Below, in pieces: positions 24,873-32,906 of a stretch of 38,570 nt of DNA; within the stretch, counting starts at the first letter, position 1, and each line of letters opens with the position of its first letter. Source of the DNA: a virus (lineage: Duplodnaviria; Caudoviricetes); IMG/VR virus record IMGVR_UViG_3300038314_001614, positions 1 through 38,570 of that record, one strand, 5' to 3'. The notes under the pieces were generated by a model, which saw only the letters and a program-made list of their open reading frames with translations, did no database searches and had not been told where the DNA came from. Position numbers and translations under genes: made by a program.

Positions 24873-27800
24873 ATGACAACTGTTCTTAGTACACAAATAG
24901 ATTCGGTATTATCAGACCCAAGAGCAAAGGACCGCAATGTTCCTGAAAGTAATCGTACCTATTTTGAAATACTGACGGACCCAGAAGCAGGGGATCTTGT
25001 CAAGCAGGATGTTGTTGAATCTTTCCGAAAGACTTTTGTCAAAGCACCTCCGATAAAAGGGCAGCAAGTGCGGCCTATAGGACCAAGTGATCCGCGCTAC
25101 GTCGTTCCGGAAGCCCCGACAGGCGGCCTATTGCCTGGAGAAACGGTAAACCCTGACGGTTCCATAAATTACAGCCCTGCCCTGGAAGCTACGAAAAGGG
25201 CCAAATTTACCGTTAATTTAGGTTCTTTAGTTGGCGGCAAGATGACAGCAGAAGGAACTTTTCTTCCGGGACCACCCAGACCCGGTTCCCCATCTTTTAC
25301 TTTTAACTTACCTCGCGGAATGCGCCCGGATGAAATAACAGCCGATGTCTTTGATAAAATTATGAAGGTGGTTCGTGCCAAGGCACCCGCAGAATACCAA
25401 GCCGCCAAAGAATACGAATCTGTATTCGTTAGCGGAGCCAAGGCTTTCGCTAGGGAAGGGGTACTTGGAGTACCGGCTCTTTTGGATCTACCGTTTCTTG
25501 CTTTACGGGGATTGGATTATGTGTTTAGTCCAATTGGCACCAACACCCTTGCTCAAGATATACACCAACTTACTCGCAAAACTTTTGGTCTTAGCGATAC
25601 GCGGCCCAGACCTTCAAGTCCATATCTTGAAGACTATCCCCGTGTTGGGCAAGCCCTTGGCCTGTATTCTACAGAATACCCCAACGCTCTTTTTGAACCA
25701 AATATCGTTATTCGCCCCGACGCAGAACTTATGCCTGTTCACGCCGCAACCGGAAAGCTGCTGGATGAGGTTTTAGAAAACCTGGGTGCTCCTAAACTTT
25801 TGACGCCTCAACAAGAAACGGAGGCTCAAAGAACGGCTGCGTTTTTTGGCGGCATATTTGGGGGAAGCCTGTCAGCCAGCGGGGCTTTTCGTTTAGGTGC
25901 CAAAGCCGTCGTGAAAGGAATAAAAGTAGAGGACTTGCAGGATGCAACGACTCTAAACAGGTTTTTGTACTCAGTTGCAAACTCTCCCGGTGCCAACTTT
26001 GCGGTGGGTAAAAAAACACGGCGACGGTTTACTATACCGGGAACGCCTCTTTTTATAGCAAAAGACTTGGGAATGGCGGGCGTATCCGGGACCGCCATGC
26101 ACATTACCCCTGACGAATGGGGGCCCAGCGGAAAAATAATGATAGGGCTGACCGCGCCTTTCGCTCTGTCAAAAGCAATGAGTGCGGTGACCGCTGCCAC
26201 CAAAGGTCAGGGCATTCCCATGCTCAGTGGCTTCCTAGAACCGTTTACTGCGCCGGGTCAACAGAGGCTGGCCGCTCGTTATCTTGCATCCATACCCGGT
26301 ATAAAAGGAAACGAGCCCCTTGTAGTAAGACTTTTAACAGATTTGGAAAACGTCCCAACGAGACCCGGACAAGATGCTCTTGTTACCACCCCTATGTATT
26401 TCAGCACTGTTTCAGATGAAATAGAACAAGCTGCAAAGGCTTGGGGCAACCTTCGTAGCCGAGGTGTTTCGGACGCCGACGCTATCGCGCAACTTTCACA
26501 AAACGCTGTTTACGGAAAATACCTGAATGGCGAAATACCTGTTTTTGGAAAACAAGCCCCCTCTATTGAAACTCTAAAAGAAACTGGGACTGCTCTCAAA
26601 GTGGTTTCGGATAACATGTACGGCGCAATGTCGTGGCTCCAAACGGGTTCGCCAATTAAGAACGAAGTTTTAAGGTCTTCCGGAGACCGCTTAAAGGTCG
26701 CTGAACAAGTCTTCAGGGACTTATCTAAAAACTTCGACGCGGATCCCGGGGCAGCGGCTGCCCACGTACAGGAATCCGTTCGACGATTGACAGAACTTGC
26801 TGATGATGCGTTAGCCACTCATGCAACCGACGCTCTTCTTTATAATCAACTGAAGGCGATGATTGATGACCCGGCGGCCCTTTCTCGCGGACAAATTGCA
26901 ACTGCCGAACGAGCGATAGAGGGTGTTCAGAATGCATTCAGAGAAGCACGAGAAATTGAAAGTGCTTTGTGGACCAATATTGGCGCGAACCAGATAGAAA
27001 TATCTCCTCAGTTCATGGCTTTGATTGGGGACAAGGCAGCAGAAATTATCCTGTCTACTCCTGTCGCAAAAAGGAACCAGATACCCTCTATTCTTTTTCA
27101 AATAGCTGGTAAGAACCGCCTTCTTTCTGACGAAGCACTGGAGTCTATGGCGAAAGCCGCCGGGGCTCCAATCGAAGCACCCGCAGCCATTCGCACTGCT
27201 CGTGCAAGGGTAGCCGAGTTGGAAGCTCGACAAACAGAAATTTCGGCGCAGCCCTATGAGAGCACTACGCTTAAAAATGCCAGAGCCCGTTTGTCGCGTC
27301 TAGAAGGTGAACTAAACCAAATACCGCAAGGGAGCACTGTAGGAGACGCTTCTGTAATTAGGCGTATTAACACTAAACAAGAACAGATAGCCGGGGTTCG
27401 CGCAGAAATAGAATCCTTGGAAGGCGCTTCTAACCCTGCGCTAGACAAGATCAGTGCCGATTTAGTTGGTATTCGGGCAAAGTTAAAGTCCCTTGAGGAC
27501 GAGATCATTCCCCAGATGACCGCAGGGGATGAAGTCATAGCGATGGGACCGAATGGTATTCTCGACAACGTCAACACGTTAGACGAGGTTCTTGCAACAC
27601 GTTCCACGTTGTTGGATGAAGCAGCGCGGGCTCGTAATAAGGGGGAGGCGAACACTGCCCGAATAGCTAACAACGCTCAATCCTATATTATTGAGGAATG
27701 GCTTCAGAACCCCGAAATTTTTGGTGCCGTAGGAAAAACGGCGGCTTACGACGCAGCGCGGACATTCAGCACAGACTTGAATACTAAATATACCAGAGGA

Positions 27801-29543
27801 GCAATTGCTGATTACCTGGCTACCTCTGCTGACCGTGGCGCTAAAGTTGACCACAACCAAATTCTTGCAAAAATAATTAAAGACAATCAAACGGTTCCCG
27901 GAAGAGTGCCTTCGGGTAGTTTGGATGCGTTAGACGCGGCTCTTGTAGAGGCAAAAGCTCCCTACCTAATCCGCAGGGAAGACGGGACCATTACCGTTGA
28001 TCCAAACGCCGTTTTGACTCCAGGGGTTGAAGGTGTTACGTGGGAAAGCATACGAACAGCCGGACCCGGTTCCGCAAAACTTTCAAGTCAGGTTTTGCGG
28101 GAAGAGGTTCTGAACCAACTGGCGTTAATAGCCTTTGATAATGGAGTTCTGAACTCCCGAAAAATAGAAAAAGCCATCCGTTCCTGGGCCCTCCCGATTG
28201 CAAAAATCGAAGAATCCTATCCGGGTTTCGGAAAAGAACTACAGGAATTGGCTGTTTCGGGGGAGCAACTGGCGATTCGTCATAAGGTTCTACACGACCC
28301 TTCTAGGGAAACCATAGACAAGGCACTTGCTACGCAAAATCTGGATGATCTGGCATCTGTTAGAGATGCCGGGGACATTGTACGAAAAATCCAAGCCGAC
28401 AGGTCCAGCGCCTCCCTTTTCTTAGACAAAGACCCAAAGGTCGTAGCAGCAACGCTTTTTGCCGATCCTGCAAACTTTGAAACAAACGTCGCGGCAACGC
28501 TTAAAATACTCGACGCAGACGACACGGGAGCCGCAAGGGCTGGTTTTCAAAGATCCATTTTTAACGAGTTGCTAAAACAAACTCTATCAGATCCTTCAAC
28601 CGCTGGACGGATGCCTGGGGAAGCTGTCCTAGACCCCTCCCGGATAAATCAGTTGTTAACGCAAAACGAAACGGCTTTACGTCAGATTTTCTCTGATCGT
28701 GTAGGACCCCCGGGTTCAAACATGACGACCTACGACATGCTCAAGATATTCAACGACGAGATAGCCGTGGGTATGGCGGAACGAGCAGGAAAGGCCGCAG
28801 GAGCAGCTTCGGAGCCTGTGAAGTTAACTTTCCGGGGTGGGGAAGCAATTAGAAACGCTGGTCGCGTCCTTGGTGTTTGGTCCGCTAGAGCCACAGGGGG
28901 GCCAGCCCTTGTGATGGCCGGAACAGGGGGAAGACTGGCTGGAAGGATATTTGAATCTGGTGGGAACCAAGCCATATTTTCTTTGGTTGCAGACGCTCTC
29001 GCGGATCCTTCAATGGCTAAACTTCTTCTTACCGAAACAGCAGGTCTCAGTAAGAATGGAAAGTTTGTGTTCGACAAGAGACTAACGCAGGCCCTGCGTC
29101 CATACCAGTTCATGGCTGGTCCTCCAACTCAGGTTATACGAGAGGGTGTCGAGGAGCAGAGAGAAATAGACCGGATTGAACGGGAAGGCGGCGCAACCGA
29201 AATTATTCACGACCCCGAAGAAGAAGCATACATAAGGGCGAAAGTGGGTCCCCAGTCCTTCGTGGCTCCTGTTGTTCAGGGACAGAGACAAATGGCTTCC
29301 AATGTTCAGGGACGGCCCCCGATTTCCGACTCTTTGCTTGCTCGGACAAGCGGAATTGGAGGGGGCCAGCTCCCGGCACAAAGGCCCACGGCACAAGGGC
29401 CCACGGCACAAGGGCCCACGGGCCAAGCGTCACAAAAAACAATTGAACTCGGGAAGAAGCTTTGGCCCTATGATACACTTTTTCAGGCCAGTCATGGCGG
29501 CATCGTTTCAGTTAAACGCAAGGGAAGGCAGCTTGTTGGATGA
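24873..29543 (+). CDS. Very large internal virion/ejection protein (1556 aa)
   Basis: Ala-rich and helical with Gly-rich hydrophobic segments and a central coiled coil; ends FQASHGGIVSVKRK; last large gene of the structural operon. Confidence 0.65.
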   Translation: MTTVLSTQIDSVLSDPRAKDRNVPESNRTYFEILTDPEAGDLVKQDVVESFRKTFVKAPPIKGQQVRPIGPSDPRYVVPEAPTGGLLPGETVNPDGSINYSPALEATKRAKFTVNLGSLVGGKMTAEGTFLPGPPRPGSPSFTFNLPRGMRPDEITADVFDKIMKVVRAKAPAEYQAAKEYESVFVSGAKAFAREGVLGVPALLDLPFLALRGLDYVFSPIGTNTLAQDIHQLTRKTFGLSDTRPRPSSPYLEDYPRVGQALGLYSTEYPNALFEPNIVIRPDAELMPVHAATGKLLDEVLENLGAPKLLTPQQETEAQRTAAFFGGIFGGSLSASGAFRLGAKAVVKGIKVEDLQDATTLNRFLYSVANSPGANFAVGKKTRRRFTIPGTPLFIAKDLGMAGVSGTAMHITPDEWGPSGKIMIGLTAPFALSKAMSAVTAATKGQGIPMLSGFLEPFTAPGQQRLAARYLASIPGIKGNEPLVVRLLTDLENVPTRPGQDALVTTPMYFSTVSDEIEQAAKAWGNLRSRGVSDADAIAQLSQNAVYGKYLNGEIPVFGKQAPSIETLKETGTALKVVSDNMYGAMSWLQTGSPIKNEVLRSSGDRLKVAEQVFRDLSKNFDADPGAAAAHVQESVRRLTELADDALATHATDALLYNQLKAMIDDPAALSRGQIATAERAIEGVQNAFREAREIESALWTNIGANQIEISPQFMALIGDKAAEIILSTPVAKRNQIPSILFQIAGKNRLLSDEALESMAKAAGAPIEAPAAIRTARARVAELEARQTEISAQPYESTTLKNARARLSRLEGELNQIPQGSTVGDASVIRRINTKQEQIAGVRAEIESLEGASNPALDKISADLVGIRAKLKSLEDEIIPQMTAGDEVIAMGPNGILDNVNTLDEVLATRSTLLDEAARARNKGEANTARIANNAQSYIIEEWLQNPEIFGAVGKTAAYDAARTFSTDLNTKYTRGAIADYLATSADRGAKVDHNQILAKIIKDNQTVPGRVPSGSLDALDAALVEAKAPYLIRREDGTITVDPNAVLTPGVEGVTWESIRTAGPGSAKLSSQVLREEVLNQLALIAFDNGVLNSRKIEKAIRSWALPIAKIEESYPGFGKELQELAVSGEQLAIRHKVLHDPSRETIDKALATQNLDDLASVRDAGDIVRKIQADRSSASLFLDKDPKVVAATLFADPANFETNVAATLKILDADDTGAARAGFQRSIFNELLKQTLSDPSTAGRMPGEAVLDPSRINQLLTQNETALRQIFSDRVGPPGSNMTTYDMLKIFNDEIAVGMAERAGKAAGAASEPVKLTFRGGEAIRNAGRVLGVWSARATGGPALVMAGTGGRLAGRIFESGGNQAIFSLVADALADPSMAKLLLTETAGLSKNGKFVFDKRLTQALRPYQFMAGPPTQVIREGVEEQREIDRIEREGGATEIIHDPEEEAYIRAKVGPQSFVAPVVQGQRQMASNVQGRPPISDSLLARTSGIGGGQLPAQRPTAQGPTAQGPTGQASQKTIELGKKLWPYDTLFQASHGGIVSVKRKGRQLVG
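29375..29419 (+). repeat. 15-bp tandem repeat GGCACAA[AG]GGCCCAC x3
   Basis: Read directly; encodes the AQRPT-AQGPT-AQGPT linker. Confidence 0.9.
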
Positions 29544-29989
29544 AGCTATCCAAGCATTTCTCCCTGAGCGAGCTTTCCAAATCCTCAACCGCCGAGCGGC
29601 AGGACATTGACAACGAACCCGGGACCATGGCCCGGGACAACCTGACCCTCGTCTGCGATGAAATACTGGAGCCGGTGCGTGAACATTACGGTATCCCCTT
29701 TGCCCCCAACAGCGGCTTCCGCTGCCTTGAACTGAACCGGGCTATCGGTTCGTCCGACAGAAGCCAGCACGTCACAGGCCAAGCCGTCGATTTTGAAATA
29801 CCCGGGGTTGCCAACAAGGACGTGGCGCTATGGGTAAAAGACAATTGCAGCTTTGACCAGTTGATCCTGGAGTTTTACCGGGAGGGAGATCCTTCCAGCG
29901 GCTGGGTCCATTGCAGTTATGTCAACAAGAAGGACAACCGGAAATCAGCGCGGGTTTTTGACGGGAAATCGTGGTCGGACCTAGACTAA
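29540..29989 (+). CDS. Peptidase M15A-family Zn peptidoglycan hydrolase (probable endolysin)
   Basis: LSKHFSLSEL, SGFRC, SQHVTGQAVD (SxHxxGxAxD), WVHCS; ATGA overlap with the upstream gene. Confidence 0.88.
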   Translation: MKLSKHFSLSELSKSSTAERQDIDNEPGTMARDNLTLVCDEILEPVREHYGIPFAPNSGFRCLELNRAIGSSDRSQHVTGQAVDFEIPGVANKDVALWVKDNCSFDQLILEFYREGDPSSGWVHCSYVNKKDNRKSARVFDGKSWSDLD

Positions 29990-31420
29990 CCAGTTCCGGG
30001 CCTCTTCGCCCATGACATGATCTGCAATCTTGATTTTGTCCCGAAGCGCGTTAACAATTTTCTGGTCAATCGTCTGGGGTGAAATCAAATCAATATAAGT
30101 TACCTTGTTTGTCTGCCCGATTCGATGGGCCCGGTCTTCCGACTGTATTCTCAACTCCAAGTCATAGCTGTTGCTGTAGTAGATAACCGTATTCGCCGCC
30201 GTCAGCGTTAAGCCGAAGCCGCCGGTTTTAGGGTGCCCCACGAGGAACCTTAATTCCGATTGCCGATCCTGAAAAGTTTCCACGATCTGCTGGCGCTCGG
30301 AATCAGGGGTTTCCCCGTGGAGCGTTGCAACCGCTGGTACGCTAAAGCGGTCGCGCAGGGCCTCGGCAATCGAGCGGATGTCCCGGGTCCATGTCGCCCA
30401 TATGATTGCTTTGCCCTGTATCTCTTCACAAATATTTAAAAGTTCAGGGAGCCGGTTTGATTGAACCTCGTGAACAAGCCCCTCGTCGTCGGTTAAATGC
30501 CCCAGACAAATCTGCTGAAGACGCATGATCTGGGTTAGTACATTTTTAGTCGTTGCCATTTCGCCCTTTTCCAAACGGGCCAGTGCCAAGTGCCGCATCT
30601 GGATATAAGCCTTTTCCTGCTCCTTGGTCAATTCAACTTGGCGGCTTGTGTAAACCTTGTCCGGTAAATCAAGGCAGTCCTCCTTGCGTATCCGGTAGGA
30701 GCAGGTCTTCAGTTTTTCCGTCAGCTCGTCGAGCCGCTGAAAGCCTACAATATGATTAAAGGAATGTGAGCCCATGGTTCGCCGCTGCACAACAGCATAG
30801 CGGCCTTGGAAAGCGTAGAAGCTTTTAAAGCCCAGAATGCGGGGATCGAGAAAATTCATCTGGCTATAGAGATCCAGGGGGGATTTTGTAACCGGGGACC
30901 CTGTTAAAATACGCCGGAACTGTGCTTCTTTGCCGATGCTGCATAGCGCCTTTGTGCGTTTTGCCTGACGATTCTTTATTGTCGTGCTTTCATCGACTAC
31001 GATAAAGGTGGAAAATTTTTTAACAAAGAAGGATGCAACATCCGTGCCTTTTTTTGTGGAAAAGGCTTCAATGTTCATTAGTAGTATTTTCAGCTTGGAG
31101 GAAGGTTCGGATAGATCCAGCAGCTCCTTGCGCTTGGCCTTTGTCAGAGAAGGTTTCCAAAGCACAACCTGCCGTTCTATATGGTCCGGAAGGTGGGCCC
31201 CAATTTCTGAAATCCAGTTGGCGATGACGCCCTTGGGTGCTACAATCAAAGAAAAAACGATTCGTTTTTCTTCAAAGTTATGCGCGATGGAGTCTATACA
31301 AACTTTTGTCTTCCCGGTTCCCATGTCCATCAGCAGCGCAAAATTCTCCGCTTCCGCGCTTATTTCAAAGGCTTTGAGCTGGTGCGCGTAGGGCTTGGTT
31401 TTAAAAATAAAGTTTTTCAT
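29981..31420 (-). CDS. SNF2-family (SF2) helicase/ATPase (479 aa)
   Basis: Start reassigned to MKNFIFKTKPYAHQ; MDMGTGKT, VVDEST, LTGSP, GFGLTLT, QSEDRAHRIGQ. Confidence 0.9.
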   Translation of the reverse strand: MKNFIFKTKPYAHQLKAFEISAEAENFALLMDMGTGKTKVCIDSIAHNFEEKRIVFSLIVAPKGVIANWISEIGAHLPDHIERQVVLWKPSLTKAKRKELLDLSEPSSKLKILLMNIEAFSTKKGTDVASFFVKKFSTFIVVDESTTIKNRQAKRTKALCSIGKEAQFRRILTGSPVTKSPLDLYSQMNFLDPRILGFKSFYAFQGRYAVVQRRTMGSHSFNHIVGFQRLDELTEKLKTCSYRIRKEDCLDLPDKVYTSRQVELTKEQEKAYIQMRHLALARLEKGEMATTKNVLTQIMRLQQICLGHLTDDEGLVHEVQSNRLPELLNICEEIQGKAIIWATWTRDIRSIAEALRDRFSVPAVATLHGETPDSERQQIVETFQDRQSELRFLVGHPKTGGFGLTLTAANTVIYYSNSYDLELRIQSEDRAHRIGQTNKVTYIDLISPQTIDQKIVNALRDKIKIADHVMGEEARNWLV

Positions 31421-31430
31421 CAAATAAATC

Positions 31431-31459
31431 TTGTTTTTACCCAGATGATAGTATATAAG
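31431..31459 (+). promoter_or_regulatory. Rightward sigma70-like promoter for the replication operon
   Basis: TTGTTT-17 nt-TATAAG. Confidence 0.5.
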
Positions 31460-31479
31460 ATGTGCAGCAGTTAAGTCAA
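31450..31479 (-). promoter_or_regulatory. Leftward sigma70-like promoter for the SNF2 gene
   Basis: Minus strand TTGACT (31479-74)-18 nt-TATACT (31455-50). Confidence 0.65.
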
Positions 31480-31503
31480 CTGTTTCAAAATGAAAAGGTG
31501 AAT

Positions 31504-32091
31504 ATGATGAATGACCTCCTCGATCAAATGTCTTCCGACAGTACCCAGACCGACGACAAGCTCTCTTCATTGACTGAAGGCAAGCTTGATTCTGTTTCGC
31601 GTCTCGCTGGCGAGGCTGCTGTTTTGGAAGAAAAAATTTCGACTACGGAAAGCGACCTCAAGAAACTTAAAGCGTCGCTCTATGCAATAATCGACGACCA
31701 ACTGCCAGAGGCATTGGAAGAAATGAACTTGCGCGAGTTTGAAATGACGGACGGTTCAAAAATTTCGGTTAAGCCTATTTATAGTGTGTCTATCCCGAAA
31801 GACCGGCGTGAGGAAGCTTACCAGTGGCTCCGCGACAACGGGTTTGGTGACATGGTTAAGAATAATGTCACCGTCACGTTTGGCCGTGGTGAGGACGAAA
31901 CAGCGAAAGAGTTTGTCAGCTTCTGCCAGTCGCAGGGCTACAACCCAAGCCAGCTTGAAAAAGTCGAATCCGCGACTTCAAGAGGCTGGCTCAGGGAATG
32001 CGTAGAAGGGAGTATCCCCATCCCTATGGATCTATTTGGGGCTTTCATTGCAACACGAGCGGTTATTAAACGAGGAAAGAAAAATGCCTAA
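31504..32091 (+). CDS. Conserved replication-module hypothetical protein (195 aa)
   Basis: AAAGGTG RBS before ATG 31504; N-terminal coiled coil; AYQWLRDNGFGDMVKN motif. Confidence 0.7.
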   Translation: MMNDLLDQMSSDSTQTDDKLSSLTEGKLDSVSRLAGEAAVLEEKISTTESDLKKLKASLYAIIDDQLPEALEEMNLREFEMTDGSKISVKPIYSVSIPKDRREEAYQWLRDNGFGDMVKNNVTVTFGRGEDETAKEFVSFCQSQGYNPSQLEKVESATSRGWLRECVEGSIPIPMDLFGAFIATRAVIKRGKKNA

Positions 32092-32863
32092 ACAACAAGT
32101 GACGAAGAATGGCAACGGCAAACCGCCAGCCATAATGACACCCGACCTTTTTTCTCACGACGCGGGAGTGGGTGTGGATAATTTGACAACCGAAGACTTG
32201 GCTATTCCTTTTCTGAAAATCCTTCAGAAAATGTCAGATGAACTTGACGATCTCGAAGGAGCCAAGGCGGGGGATATTTTTAACACGGTCACAAAGACCA
32301 TTCAAAAAGGCAAGGACGGCGTAGACGTTATCAACTGTGCCTATGCTCTCCAGTTTATCGAGTGGGAACCCCGTTCCAGCGGCTCCGGAGCGCCTTTTGC
32401 CATCTACCAATCTGGCGACGAACTCCCCAAGTACGAGCGCGGGGAAGATAACAAGGATTATGTCGTGGACGGCGGGGGACGCTACATTGAACGAACCGCA
32501 CAGCATTATGTACTGCTGGTGGATGAAAACGGAATGACCCAGCAGGCATTGCTGCCGATGAAGTCAACCCAGTTCAAGAAGTCCAAACAGTGGAACTCGG
32601 CCATGCGCTCCCTCCAGATGACGGACGCCAACGGTAAGTTGTTCCAACCCCCAAGGTTTTCCCATATCTGGCACCTCCAAACGGTTCCGGAGGAAAACAA
32701 AAACGGGTCTTGGTTTGGATGGCAAATCAGCAAGAAAGGGGCCATCGAGAGTCCCGAAATTTATTCACAAGCCAAGCTATTTGCGGAATCCATTAAGGCC
32801 GGGCAAGTAAAAGTCCAGCATGTCCGAGAGGATGACTCCTCCTCTTCAGACGTGCCGTTCTAA
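32084..32863 (+). CDS. Putative single-stranded DNA-binding protein (259 aa)
   Basis: GAGGA RBS before ATG 32084; beta-rich aromatic core; acidic tail EDDSSSSDVPF like the bacterial SSB C-terminus. Confidence 0.65.
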   Translation: MPKQQVTKNGNGKPPAIMTPDLFSHDAGVGVDNLTTEDLAIPFLKILQKMSDELDDLEGAKAGDIFNTVTKTIQKGKDGVDVINCAYALQFIEWEPRSSGSGAPFAIYQSGDELPKYERGEDNKDYVVDGGGRYIERTAQHYVLLVDENGMTQQALLPMKSTQFKKSKQWNSAMRSLQMTDANGKLFQPPRFSHIWHLQTVPEENKNGSWFGWQISKKGAIESPEIYSQAKLFAESIKAGQVKVQHVREDDSSSSDVPF

Positions 32864-32871
32864 ACCCGGGC

Positions 32872-32903
32872 ATAGGGGAGGGTCTCCGGGCCCTCCCTGT
32901 TTT
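32872..32903 (+). terminator. Intrinsic terminator/attenuator between SSB and primase
   Basis: GGGAGGGTC-TCCG-GGCCCTCCC followed by TGTTTT. Confidence 0.65.
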
Positions 32904-32906
32904 CTC

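Noticed and set aside
21780-29543. Virion RNA polymerase, lysozyme or toxin domain in the two giant proteins
   Set aside because: No DxDGD, T7-type polymerase, transglycosylase or ADP-ribosyltransferase motif recognised by eye; remote homology cannot be excluded without HHpred.
31421-31570. N-terminal 50 aa of the 529-aa SNF2 ORF in the track
   Set aside because: Overlaps the promoter region and the divergent gene; the start fits ATG 31420. Extensions at 7, 8266, 31462, 32036, 32820 and 35867 were trimmed likewise on RBS or overlap grounds.
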